Virus record (IMG/VR): IMGVR_UViG_3300033141_002732
Origin: a virus
Taxonomy: Duplodnaviria; Heunggongvirae; Uroviricota; Caudoviricetes
Length of the DNA stretch: 57,864 bases
Direction: 5' to 3' (one strand)
The position numbers were made by a program, and so were the translations under genes. Below are positions 47,000 through 56,067 of this stretch, one piece after another. Each line of letters opens with the position of its first letter. The first letter of the stretch is position 1. The notes beneath the pieces are model-generated. The model searched no databases and was not told where the DNA came from. It saw only the letters and a program-made list of their open reading frames with translations.

Positions 47000-49096
47000 A
47001 TGAATTTAATAATGAAAAAACATATAATATCAAAGGAAGATTTTATTATATGTCAAATTTGTAAACAACAATTAAATAAAATAGATGGAAGACATTTAAA
47101 AAAACACAATTTATCTTTTGATAACTATTTAAAAATGTTTCCTAATACATTCACAATAACAGAAAAACAATATCAAAAAGAAATTGATTCACAAGAGAAA
47201 AGAAAAATAAGTAAACTTAAAAAATCTACAAAAGTTATTAAATGTTATTATTGTAAAATTGATTTTGAAGGAGATATTAATTTATCAAATAATTTTTCAG
47301 TTTGTAAAAATTGTAAAAAAATAGGACTTAAAAATCCAAAGAGAAAAGAAATATATGAAATACAGAAAAAAAGTTTACTAGAAAAATATGGAGTAGATAA
47401 CCCAAGTAAAATTAATTCAGTAGTTGAAAAAAGAAATCAAACTATTAAAAGAAAGCAGAAAGAGGATATAAATTATTTTAAAAATATTGAAGAAAAAAGA
47501 ATAAAAACTATGATTGATAAATATGGAGAAAATTATCAAGAAATATTAACTAAAAAGAAACAAGAAGGAATGTTAGAAAAATATGGGGTAAAACATGCTC
47601 TTCAAAAAGAAGAATTTATTAATAAAATGAAGAAAACTACATTAGAACGTTATGGTAAAGAAAATGCAGTACAAAATGAAGAAGTTAAAGAAAAACAAAA
47701 ACAAACAATGTTAAATCGTTATGGAAAAGGAAATGCTATGCAAATTGAAGAATTTCAAGAGAAAGTAAAAAATACAAATCAAGATAGATATAATGTAGAT
47801 TATCCATTACAAAGTAAGAAAATTAAAGAAACAAGAAAAAAAAATAATTTAGAGAAATATGGAGTAGAAGAAACTATATATTTGCAATCTGTAAAAGAAA
47901 AAATTAAAAAAACAAATTTAGAAAAATATGGAACTGAATATCCTTTCCAATCAAAGATAGTTCATAAAACTATAAAAAGAAATAATTTAGAAAAATATGG
48001 AGTTGAATGTACATCAAAATTATCTGAAGTAAGCGAAAAAGTTAAAAAGAAACTTAGAGAAAAATTCCTCCCTCTTCTTAAAAAACAAATGGAGTATTTA
48101 GATGTAAAACTTATTGATAAAAATTATGAACATTCTCATTTTAAACATAATTGGAAATGTTTAAAATGTGATCATGAATTTCAACAACTTTGGAATTCTA
48201 TTCAACAAGGATATCTCTGTCCAAAATGTTTTCCAAGAAATCAAGGATTTTCAAGAGGTGAAAAAGAAGTTGCTGAATTCATAAAGTCATTAGGTTTTGA
48301 TATTATTGAGAATTCTAGATCTATAATTCCTCCATTTGAATTAGATATTTTTATTCCAACTAAAAAGATTGCTATTGAATTTAATGGACTTTATTGGCAT
48401 TCCGAAGAATTTAGTAATCCAAAAAGTCATATAAATAAAACAAAACTATGTATGAAACAAGAAATTAGATTGATCCAAATATTTGAAGATGAATGGGTTC
48501 TTAAACAGGATATTGTTAAAAATAGATTAAAACATATATTAGAAGTTTCAGAAGCAGAAACTATATATGCAAGAAATTGTATTATTAAAGAAATTTCTCC
48601 GTTAGAAAAAAATAATTTTTTAGATGAATATCATGTACAAGGAAAAGACATATCTTCTATAAAAATTGGAGCTTTTTATAATGATAAATTAGTTTCAGTA
48701 ATGACTTTTTCAAAAGGTAATAGAGCTAAAGGTTCAAAATATATTGAAGGTCATTGGGAATTAAATAGATTTTGTAGTAATTATAATTATAGAGCTATTG
48801 GAATTGCTGGTAAAATGTTATCCTATTTTAAAGAGAACTATATTTGGAAAAATATATATTCATATTGTGATCTTAGATGGTCTGATGGAAATTTATATAA
48901 AAAACTTGGATTTATTACTGATAATATAATTAGACTTAATTATTGGTATTTAAAAGATGGAATTAGACAACATAGATTTGCTTTTAGAAAAAGACCAAAT
49001 GAACCAAAAGATATTCCAGAATATATTTTAAGGTTAAAAGAAGGATATATTAGAATTTGGGATTGTGGAAATCTTAAATATATATTAACAATATAA
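47000..49096 (+). CDS. Putative homing endonuclease (same family, longest repeat array)
   Basis: About eight K/RYG repeats, ELDIFIP..AIEFNGLYWHS, SYCDLRWSDG. Confidence 0.7.
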   Translation: MNLIMKKHIISKEDFIICQICKQQLNKIDGRHLKKHNLSFDNYLKMFPNTFTITEKQYQKEIDSQEKRKISKLKKSTKVIKCYYCKIDFEGDINLSNNFSVCKNCKKIGLKNPKRKEIYEIQKKSLLEKYGVDNPSKINSVVEKRNQTIKRKQKEDINYFKNIEEKRIKTMIDKYGENYQEILTKKKQEGMLEKYGVKHALQKEEFINKMKKTTLERYGKENAVQNEEVKEKQKQTMLNRYGKGNAMQIEEFQEKVKNTNQDRYNVDYPLQSKKIKETRKKNNLEKYGVEETIYLQSVKEKIKKTNLEKYGTEYPFQSKIVHKTIKRNNLEKYGVECTSKLSEVSEKVKKKLREKFLPLLKKQMEYLDVKLIDKNYEHSHFKHNWKCLKCDHEFQQLWNSIQQGYLCPKCFPRNQGFSRGEKEVAEFIKSLGFDIIENSRSIIPPFELDIFIPTKKIAIEFNGLYWHSEEFSNPKSHINKTKLCMKQEIRLIQIFEDEWVLKQDIVKNRLKHILEVSEAETIYARNCIIKEISPLEKNNFLDEYHVQGKDISSIKIGAFYNDKLVSVMTFSKGNRAKGSKYIEGHWELNRFCSNYNYRAIGIAGKMLSYFKENYIWKNIYSYCDLRWSDGNLYKKLGFITDNIIRLNYWYLKDGIRQHRFAFRKRPNEPKDIPEYILRLKEGYIRIWDCGNLKYILTI

Positions 49097-49105
49097 TTTT
49101 TTACA

Positions 49106-49146
49106 AAAAAAAGTTCTCAATAAGTTTATATTTGAGAACTTTTTTT
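49106..49146. terminator. Bidirectional terminator between convergent operons
   Basis: AAAAAAAGTTCTCAA/TTGAGAACTTTTTTT 15-bp inverted repeat. Confidence 0.8.
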
Positions 49147-49379
49147 GTTTTATAAGATTTTCTTTGAAAATTTTGTATAAGAAAAATATATTATATTATT
49201 TTGATCATGAAACATTATATTATTTTCATTAGATACATCATTTGGTTTACATACATTTGAAAAAGATGGAAGTTGTTCTCGTATTTGGAGGACTAAAAAA
49301 CTTGTTTCATATAATAAAACCAAACTCCTTTAATAACTGAGTGTTATATTCTAGATTTAGACATTTCATTTTCATATTT

Positions 49380-49889
49380 TTATCCCATAAAACTTTTAAA
49401 AATAGTACTTCTTCCCTCTTGAATGTAATGATTTACTAATGTAACTATCTGTTTTATTTCGTCTCCATTATAAAATTTTTTTAATTCTTCTTTAAAATAA
49501 TATAAAATTAACGATATTGTATCACCAGATAAAAATGGTTCAGATGCTAAACTTTTTAAGAATATTTGAAACTCTCTACTTATTGGGTTATATGTTGATG
49601 GATTAGCCTCCTTTCTATCTCTTCTTTTTACATCAGTTCTCCATGTATTTAATGACATACAACAACCAGCTCCAATATATAATTCTTTTTTATAATTATC
49701 TCCAAGTGGGCCTTTGATTTCTGCTAGTTTACAAAAGTATCTGTTTTTTTCTTCATCCCATCTTAATTCTGGACATTCTTTTGCTGAATGATGTAATCTT
49801 AAAGATGCAATACATCTGGCTTTTAAGCAGCAGAAACCACATCCTACACATTCTTTAATTTTGATATCTTCTTCTAAATTCTTATTCAT
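49380..49889 (-). CDS. Cys-cluster (YkgJ-like Zn/Fe-chelating) protein
   Basis: CVGCGFCC..C..CPEL..C..GAGCC pattern. Confidence 0.55.
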   Translation of the reverse strand: MNKNLEEDIKIKECVGCGFCCLKARCIASLRLHHSAKECPELRWDEEKNRYFCKLAEIKGPLGDNYKKELYIGAGCCMSLNTWRTDVKRRDRKEANPSTYNPISREFQIFLKSLASEPFLSGDTISLILYYFKEELKKFYNGDEIKQIVTLVNHYIQEGRSTIFKSFMG

Positions 49890-50228
49890 TTAATGAATAA
49901 TCCTATTCTTATCTTCTTCTGAAGATTTATTAAAAGACTCTGTAAAATTTTGTAAATTTTCTCTTAGTTTTTTAGTAACTATAAACGTAGTCATACCATT
50001 TAGAAAACAACATGTAATAAAATCAGTTATAAATTCTTGAAAATTATCTGGTGCATTCTGTGCGTCCATTTCTTTATAAAAAGTTTCCAATTCAGAAACA
50101 AATCTATCTGGTATCGGAAGAAAAACTGTTTTCAAGATTGATTTTTCCCATTCATCAGTTTGGATTTGTAAATCACTTAATTTCATAACTAAATCTTCTA
50201 CATTCTTTGTGGTCAATTTATAATTCAT
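49890..50228 (-). CDS. Hypothetical protein (start revised from 50303 to 50228)
   Basis: GGAGG SD before ATG 50228; the upstream extension runs through the palindrome. Confidence 0.55.
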   Translation of the reverse strand: MNYKLTTKNVEDLVMKLSDLQIQTDEWEKSILKTVFLPIPDRFVSELETFYKEMDAQNAPDNFQEFITDFITCCFLNGMTTFIVTKKLRENLQNFTESFNKSSEEDKNRIIH

Positions 50229-50265
50229 TTTGTTCCTCCTGTAATTTATTTTATTTAAAATTAAT

Positions 50266-50307
50266 ATATATGGGTTTCTATAATTATAATTATAGAAACC
50301 CATATAT
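50266..50307. repeat. Perfect 42-bp palindrome ATATATGGGTTTCTATAATTATAATTATAGAAACCCATATAT
   Basis: All 21 base pairs checked symmetric about 50286/50287. Confidence 0.95.
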
Positions 50308-50312
50308 GATTT

Positions 50313-50500
50313 TTAATCAAGAAACGTAACAGTATGAACTCCTCTTGTAGAGATTTCAGTATTTGGGATTACTTCATGCCATATTTTAAGAACTAATGTT
50401 TTGTGATCTGGATGTCTTACAGTACCTTTTACTTTTTGAAGAAGAAGATAATATCGCTTCCAATTTCTTGGAACTTTGATCTAATTAATTTCTTATCCAT
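50313..50500 (-). pseudogene. Small frameshifted gene remnant (..VPRNWKRYYLLQKVKGTVRHPDHKTLVLKIWHEVIPNTE..FLD)
   Basis: GGAG SD and ATG at 50500; the span is 188 nt, one short of 63 codons. Confidence 0.45.
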
Positions 50501-50527
50501 TATAATTATAACTCCACATTAATTTGT

Positions 50528-50905
50528 TTATAAATCATTTGGTAAACCAATTCCATCAAAATTATAATTACCATTTTTTATTTCTTCATATTCTCTTTCT
50601 CTTGCTTTTTCATATTGTGGATGTCTCCTTTCTTTTTCTTTACAATCATCACAAATCATTTCTGTATTAAAAATACTTATTATTAAACCGTTATCTGACT
50701 TTTTATTACATCGTTGACAAACTATATTTTCATCATCTTCAAATAACTTTGATAACATTAATGAATACTCCATTTCTTGAATATTATTAGGAATTTCATC
50801 TTCTTTTTCTACACATTCTGGACATTGTATATAAGCTCTTATTACAGTCTTATCAGGAATTTCAGTAGATACTATTTTACCACAACTTATACAATGTATT
50901 TTCAT
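50528..50905 (-). CDS. Hypothetical protein with several CxxC pairs
   Basis: ORF track; GGAG SD. Confidence 0.55.
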   Translation of the reverse strand: MKIHCISCGKIVSTEIPDKTVIRAYIQCPECVEKEDEIPNNIQEMEYSLMLSKLFEDDENIVCQRCNKKSDNGLIISIFNTEMICDDCKEKERRHPQYEKAREREYEEIKNGNYNFDGIGLPNDL

Positions 50906-50917
50906 AATTTATATCTC

Positions 50918-51652
50918 CTAATCAAAATTAAATGTTTGTCCTCTTTTGACAAATCCCATAAAACCATCTTTTTTAGCATCTGGTAATGATAAATCTTGAT
51001 AGTGATATAACCACATTTTCTTTTTAGTATCTTCTGATAAGGTTTTCAAATTTTCATAATTTGCATGGGCACCTGATTTATATGGTGTTATTTCACAATC
51101 TTGAAATATTATATCTGACATATTATAAAAATCTTGAATTTGGTTTGGACAATGTTGTGTATCAGTAGTTATGAAAACAGTATTTTTATTTGTTTCAAAT
51201 ATTAATCCGAAACTTGGAACAATACTAAAAGCATCTATAATATGAACTGTTTGAACTATTCTAAACTTAGTATTTTCCCATATAAAAGTAGAGTTTTTAG
51301 AAACTGATTCTACATCAAAGTAAGTAGATAACTTCATTCCTCCGGATAATGTATTACTCCAAATTTCATTCTTTAAGAAACTACTAAGAATTAATTTTGG
51401 TTTTCCACAAGATGGATCGAATTTCCTACAGAAACCTAACCATTCTAAGCCTCCGACATGATCAGAATGAAGATGTGAAATATATACATGATCAATTTCT
51501 TTATATGTTAAACCAATTTTATGTAGTGCTCTTCTAGCATCACAACCACAATCAATTAATAATCGTTTATTCTGATCATTTACTAATAACATATTAGATT
51601 GATAATTATCTATAGTAAAAGCAGAACCAGATCCAATGAAAATTAGTTTCAT
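50918..51652 (-). CDS. Metallo-beta-lactamase-fold hydrolase, Apyc1-like
   Basis: GSGSAF, LLIDCG, SHLHSDHVGGLE, TTDTQ, FQDCE, HA and LYHY motifs. Confidence 0.8.
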   Translation of the reverse strand: MKLIFIGSGSAFTIDNYQSNMLLVNDQNKRLLIDCGCDARRALHKIGLTYKEIDHVYISHLHSDHVGGLEWLGFCRKFDPSCGKPKLILSSFLKNEIWSNTLSGGMKLSTYFDVESVSKNSTFIWENTKFRIVQTVHIIDAFSIVPSFGLIFETNKNTVFITTDTQHCPNQIQDFYNMSDIIFQDCEITPYKSGAHANYENLKTLSEDTKKKMWLYHYQDLSLPDAKKDGFMGFVKRGQTFNFD

Positions 51653-51722
51653 TTATTATCTCCTTTCATTTGTTTTATTTTTTATTGAATTTCCTCATTA
51701 CTGTTTTTTAATACAACTTCTT

Positions 51723-52007
51723 CTATAAAAGTTTTAAAAGCTTCAGTGACATTTTGGTAAGATTATATCTCATTTGTGTTACTAAATCTATTGGATCTAG
51801 ATTATCAGAAAATTTTGGATTAGTCCAATATTCAAATTCTGATTTTAGTTTTTCAAATATATATAATCCAATTGAATTCTTTTCCATAACACCTCTATAT
51901 TGTAATACATCATTATATTTTCCAAAATGAATTTGTTTTGCATCAGGAGGTAGTTTTGGAATTCTTTCTAGATGTCCATTTTCATTTAGTTTAAAGAAAT
52001 TATCCAT
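51723..52007 (-). CDS. Hypothetical protein
   Basis: ORF track; GGAG SD. Confidence 0.5.
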   Translation of the reverse strand: MDNFFKLNENGHLERIPKLPPDAKQIHFGKYNDVLQYRGVMEKNSIGLYIFEKLKSEFEYWTNPKFSDNLDPIDLVTQMRYNLTKMSLKLLKLL

Positions 52008-52027
52008 TTTCTGATTACTCCTTTTCT

Positions 52028-53137
52028 TTATGGAACTATTATAGATTCGGTTCTTGGTAAACTATTATATAGTTCTTTAAGTTCTGCTGGAGTTATACTT
52101 CTTCTTCCTTTACCTAACTCTTGAAGATCTTCTACTTTACTTTCTAAAAATGATATATTTTCTTGTTGATCTTTTATAGTTTTTGTTAAGTTATTTATAT
52201 CTTCTAATAGTTTTATGTTTTGGAGATTTAAATTATCTTTTATATTTTCTGTTTCTTGTAATTTTTGTTGAAGAAATTCAATATTCTTTTTCAATTGTTC
52301 ATTATCACAATTCAAATTACTAATTTCTTTATGTAAATTATCAAAGAATTCTTTTAAAGAAACTAGAGATTCCATTATATTAGATTTTTTATTATCTTCC
52401 TTCTCTAATTTAGATTCAGAAGTAAGTTCATTCTGAATTACAGTTTGACTTTTTGGTATATCTTGTGAGGATATAGATGGTTTATATACTCTTTGAAATA
52501 AGTAAGTATTACCAATTTTTTCTATTACTCTTATTATACCATTTTGTTGTAATTTTGAAAATACTCTATAAATAGTATGTGGATCTACAATACTTGGATC
52601 TAATTCATTCGTTATATCTTTTCTTGTAAATTTATCACTTTCATTTTTTGTCAGAATAATTCTTTCTACTCTTGATTCTAATAAACTTCTATCTATACGA
52701 ACTTTAGCATTATCTTTTTTTATTTTTTGGTATGTATAAGGTTTTTTATTGTTTGTTTTCACTATTATATTTTTTTTCTTTAAGACTCGTACATAGTCTG
52801 ATACTAAAACTATAAAATTTTCCTCATTATCTATTTCATAATTTTTACAAACTGTATTTTTTAAATATGTACTTGTAAATTGTGCTGAAATTGGAATTTG
52901 ATTAAATGTCTCTCTTATTGCGTCAGTTTTCCTTATCATTTTTAATTTCTCCTTTCTTATTTCATTTTTAAATGACTCACAATTTGCAACTAAAGAAGTT
53001 GTATCTTCTAATAAAACAAGCTTCTTGATATTTTCTTCTCCAAAATTGTTAGCAATATCTCTAACTGTATTTGCAACACAATGACTTAATGCTTGACTAG
53101 ATAGAGCTATTAATTCAATATTATCATTTTGAAGCAT
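52028..53137 (-). CDS. Winged-HTH plus coiled-coil protein
   Basis: FTRKDI..TIYRVFSKLQQNGIIRV, followed by a long heptad region. Confidence 0.55.
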   Translation of the reverse strand: MLQNDNIELIALSSQALSHCVANTVRDIANNFGEENIKKLVLLEDTTSLVANCESFKNEIRKEKLKMIRKTDAIRETFNQIPISAQFTSTYLKNTVCKNYEIDNEENFIVLVSDYVRVLKKKNIIVKTNNKKPYTYQKIKKDNAKVRIDRSLLESRVERIILTKNESDKFTRKDITNELDPSIVDPHTIYRVFSKLQQNGIIRVIEKIGNTYLFQRVYKPSISSQDIPKSQTVIQNELTSESKLEKEDNKKSNIMESLVSLKEFFDNLHKEISNLNCDNEQLKKNIEFLQQKLQETENIKDNLNLQNIKLLEDINNLTKTIKDQQENISFLESKVEDLQELGKGRRSITPAELKELYNSLPRTESIIVP

Positions 53138-53153
53138 TGTAATAAATTCACTA

Positions 53154-53417
53154 TTAATATCTGTATTTGGATCTTCTGAATCTATAACTTCTGCTTTTTA
53201 AATCGTTTAAATCTTGAACATCTTCTAGTTTTAGATCAAATTCTTCCCATACTTCAAATTTATTGTTCATATTTTTTATTATTATAAAACAATAGTCATT
53301 ATCTAAACGAACTACCCAAGAATAATCTAATTTTGGATCTTCTCTTATTTGAATAATATTTACTTTTTCTCCTGTATATTCAGATAGTAATTTTTCAAAT
53401 TCTTCTTTCAAAATCAT
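53154..53417 (-). CDS. Hypothetical protein
   Basis: ORF track; GGAG SD. Confidence 0.5.
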   Translation of the reverse strand: MILKEEFEKLLSEYTGEKVNIIQIREDPKLDYSWVVRLDNDYCFIIIKNMNNKFEVWEEFDLKLEDVQDLNDLKSRSYRFRRSKYRY

Positions 53418-53432
53418 TCAAAAAATTCTCCT

Positions 53433-53630
53433 TTAAAAAAATCTCGATTCTATTAATTTTTGATTAAAACTTTCATCTTTTGCCATTTCTATTGCTCTGT
53501 TAACTTTGTCTTCATCTTTTTTAGTATATTTATAAAAATATCTTATAAATCTTTCTCCTTCATCTACAGAAAATAGAGAAGATTTAATTCCAACTCCAAT
53601 TATATAATGATATTTATAACTTTTTTTCAT
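53433..53630 (-). CDS. Hypothetical protein
   Basis: ORF track. Confidence 0.45.
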   Translation of the reverse strand: MKKSYKYHYIIGVGIKSSLFSVDEGERFIRYFYKYTKKDEDKVNRAIEMAKDESFNQKLIESRFF

Positions 53631-53695
53631 TTCTAGTTACTACCTTTCTTTAGAACAAATTAAAAATTGCAGAATTTATATAAAGGAGAAATATA

Positions 53696-54415
53696 ATGAA
53701 TGATAGTTTGCCATATCCAGAACTTGATGAAAATGGAAAAGTTATATGTCAGATCTGTGGAAAATCCTTTTTTGTCATATCTCCGAGACATTTAAATAAA
53801 CATTCTATAAATACTGAACAATATAAATTAAGATTTCCAACTGCAAGATTATCTTCTGAACAATTTAAAACAAAACAAAAATATGTTCAAACTGACGTTT
53901 TTAAAAATAAATTAAAAAATAAAAAAATAATAGAAGAAGATTTAGATGATTATAAAGATACTATTAGTGATTTTATTCCTGAAAAACCAAAAGAAGAAAA
54001 GATAATTAATAAAGATAATATAAAAAGTAAAAAAGTTGAAATTGAAGAATTATCTGAAATCGAATTATCTGGAAATGTAATAGAGAAGAAAAAGAAAAAA
54101 ATATTTCAATTTCTAAAAACTATTTTATCAAGTGTTCAACAAGATTATTTGATTAGATTAATTGAACCAAATTCGAAAGCTTTAGTTGGTGAATTTATAA
54201 CAGACTTCGCAGATCCAATCTTAAAAATTGATATTGAATTTCCAGATGTTTTTTGGCATAATGAATCAATATATGTAAATCCAAATAGAGATATAACAAT
54301 TTCGGAATACGGTTGGTTAATTATCAAAGTAAATGGTCTTTCTCCTTCATTAGAAAGAATAAAAACTGTTTTAAAATCAAACGGCGTTCTTGTAAAAAAT
54401 GAGAACATATTATAA
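53696..54415 (+). CDS. Zn-finger protein with a degenerate Vsr/DUF559-like C-terminus
   Basis: ICQICG..RHLNKH..YKLRFP N-terminus shared with 47000; DFAD..KIDIEF..FWH..YGWLIIKV. Confidence 0.55.
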   Translation: MNDSLPYPELDENGKVICQICGKSFFVISPRHLNKHSINTEQYKLRFPTARLSSEQFKTKQKYVQTDVFKNKLKNKKIIEEDLDDYKDTISDFIPEKPKEEKIINKDNIKSKKVEIEELSEIELSGNVIEKKKKKIFQFLKTILSSVQQDYLIRLIEPNSKALVGEFITDFADPILKIDIEFPDVFWHNESIYVNPNRDITISEYGWLIIKVNGLSPSLERIKTVLKSNGVLVKNENIL

Positions 54416-54463
54416 ATATTAAATGTAGTTAAAAATTAAGTATGAGTTACTTATTATGTTACG

Positions 54464-54496
54464 GGACGTTCTAAAAATATGAACGTCCTATTTTTT
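54464..54496. terminator. Terminator between convergent genes
   Basis: GGACGTTC/GAACGTCC stem followed by a T tract. Confidence 0.7.
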
Positions 54497-54502
54497 ACGT
54501 TA

Positions 54503-54721
54503 TTAAAATTTGTTATAGACTTCAACATCATTTTCGAGAGAAGGACCAATATATTCTAGAGTATTTGTCCATACTTCATATATTATAAGTCTATGTTTAA
54601 CTTCTGCTTCAAGTTTTTTAGGAATCTCTTTTCCTTTTGTAAATTCTGATGATTCCGTAATTTGAATTGTAAACATTATTTCTTTAATTTCATCAGCATT
54701 AATACTATGTTTTCCCATCAT
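54503..54721 (-). CDS. Hypothetical protein
   Basis: ORF track; GGAGG SD. Confidence 0.55.
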   Translation of the reverse strand: MMGKHSINADEIKEIMFTIQITESSEFTKGKEIPKKLEAEVKHRLIIYEVWTNTLEYIGPSLENDVEVYNKF

Positions 54722-54763
54722 GTATCCTCCTCTCTAATTTTTATTAATATTTATATTAATATA

Positions 54764-54969
54764 TCACAAAATCCACGGTGCTTTTTGGTCGTTATCTTTT
54801 AGAAAATGTTCTATTAGAAACATATCTAATGATGTTTTATTAGTAAATATTTGACGTAACATTCTATATTTTCCTATTTTTTCACATAATACATAATCTT
54901 TCGATTGTAACCATTGTACAAATTTTATTATTATTTTAATGTCTTCTTCGGAAAATTTTTTTTTGTCAT
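54764..54969 (-). pseudogene. Small gene broken at an A9 run (A10 restores the frame)
   Basis: GGAG SD and ATG at 54969. Adding one A gives MTKKKFSEEDIKIIIKFVQWLQSKDYVLCEK..., 68 aa. Confidence 0.6.
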
Positions 54970-55128
54970 TATCTTACTCCATTTATAATAAAAACAAATT
55001 CATTTCTAGTTATTTATATATATAGAATATCAGTTCTAAACTAAATTACTAATTTCAAAAAATTTAGAAACAATGCGAATTAAAAAATAGAACAAAAAAT
55101 AAAGATCTTATTACAGGATTATTTTTAT

Positions 55129-56067
55129 ATGTTTATATGTAAAATATGTAATAAAAAGTTTAAAAATATAAAATCTTTTGGACAACATTTAGGACATCCA
55201 AACATAAAGAAAGATCATAATATATATGGTACAAAAGAATATTATGATCTATTTATAAGAAAAAATGGAGAAGGGATTTGTAAACGAAAAGGATGTAACA
55301 ATAAAACAACTTATATAAATCTCAATGAAGGATATTTAAATTATTGTTCTTTAAAATGTGTATCTGAAGATGAAAATATTAAAAAAATAAGAATTGAAGC
55401 AACTAAAAAATCATGGAAAGACCCAACTAATATTAGAAATTCTGTGAAATTTCGAGAAAACTTAAGTAAAAAGAAAAAGAAACATTGGAAAGATCAAAAT
55501 AGTTGGTATAATTCAAAAGAGTGTTCTAAAATTAGAAGTAAATATATGAAAGAAATATGGAGTAATCCAGATGGAATTTTTAATACAAAAGAATATAGAA
55601 AAATAAAAAGTTTAATTATGAAAGAATTATGGAAAGATCCAAATTGCATTTGGAGAAGTGAAAAATTTTTAAATAAAGTAATACCAGGTAGAAGAAAAAG
55701 AATGAAAGATGGTTTAGCAGCTTATGCCTTATCATTTGTGAAAAATCCATCTAAACCTCAAGTAGAATTATTTAAATTAACTAGTTATATATGTCCTTAT
55801 GTTATTTTAAATTATCCATGTCTAAATTATTCAATTGATATTGCTGTTCCAAAACTTTCTTTAGCAATTGAATATGATGGAAATTATTGGCATCAAGATA
55901 AGAAATATGATGATAAACGACAAAAAATTCTTGAAGAAGAAGGATGGATATTTTTAAGATATGAAGAATATATACCAGATATTAAAAAATTAAAAATAGA
56001 TATAGAAAATATTGTTTTTAGGAGATCAAATAAATGGCAATTTACCCAAGTCAGCAAAGAGCAATAG
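55129..56067 (+). CDS. Putative endonuclease (Zn finger, WKD repeats, DUF559/Vsr-like domain)
   Basis: SKPQVELF, DIAVP..AIEYDGNYWHQ, RQKILEEEGWIFLRY motifs. Confidence 0.75.
   Translation: MFICKICNKKFKNIKSFGQHLGHPNIKKDHNIYGTKEYYDLFIRKNGEGICKRKGCNNKTTYINLNEGYLNYCSLKCVSEDENIKKIRIEATKKSWKDPTNIRNSVKFRENLSKKKKKHWKDQNSWYNSKECSKIRSKYMKEIWSNPDGIFNTKEYRKIKSLIMKELWKDPNCIWRSEKFLNKVIPGRRKRMKDGLAAYALSFVKNPSKPQVELFKLTSYICPYVILNYPCLNYSIDIAVPKLSLAIEYDGNYWHQDKKYDDKRQKILEEEGWIFLRYEEYIPDIKKLKIDIENIVFRRSNKWQFTQVSKEQ

Noticed and set aside
49147-49379. Possible additional gene between the terminator and the YkgJ-like gene
   Set aside because: An AAGGAG SD and ATG are present, but the frame stops after five codons and no convincing repair was found.
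49890-50303. N-terminal 25 aa of the 137-aa ORF
   Set aside because: It runs through the palindrome; a GGAGG SD supports ATG 50228 instead.
2051-54408. Opposite-strand or nested shadow ORFs in the track (e.g. 2051, 2570, 3845, 7754, 9579, 13926, 14323, 14855, 17591, 22588, 24212, 27222, 30201, 31550, 32631, 33122, 39065, 39909, 39997, 41131, 44398, 44702, 50777, 54145)
   Set aside because: They overlap better-supported genes or pseudogenes, lack SD motifs, and have the F/L/I-rich composition expected from antisense AT-rich sequence.
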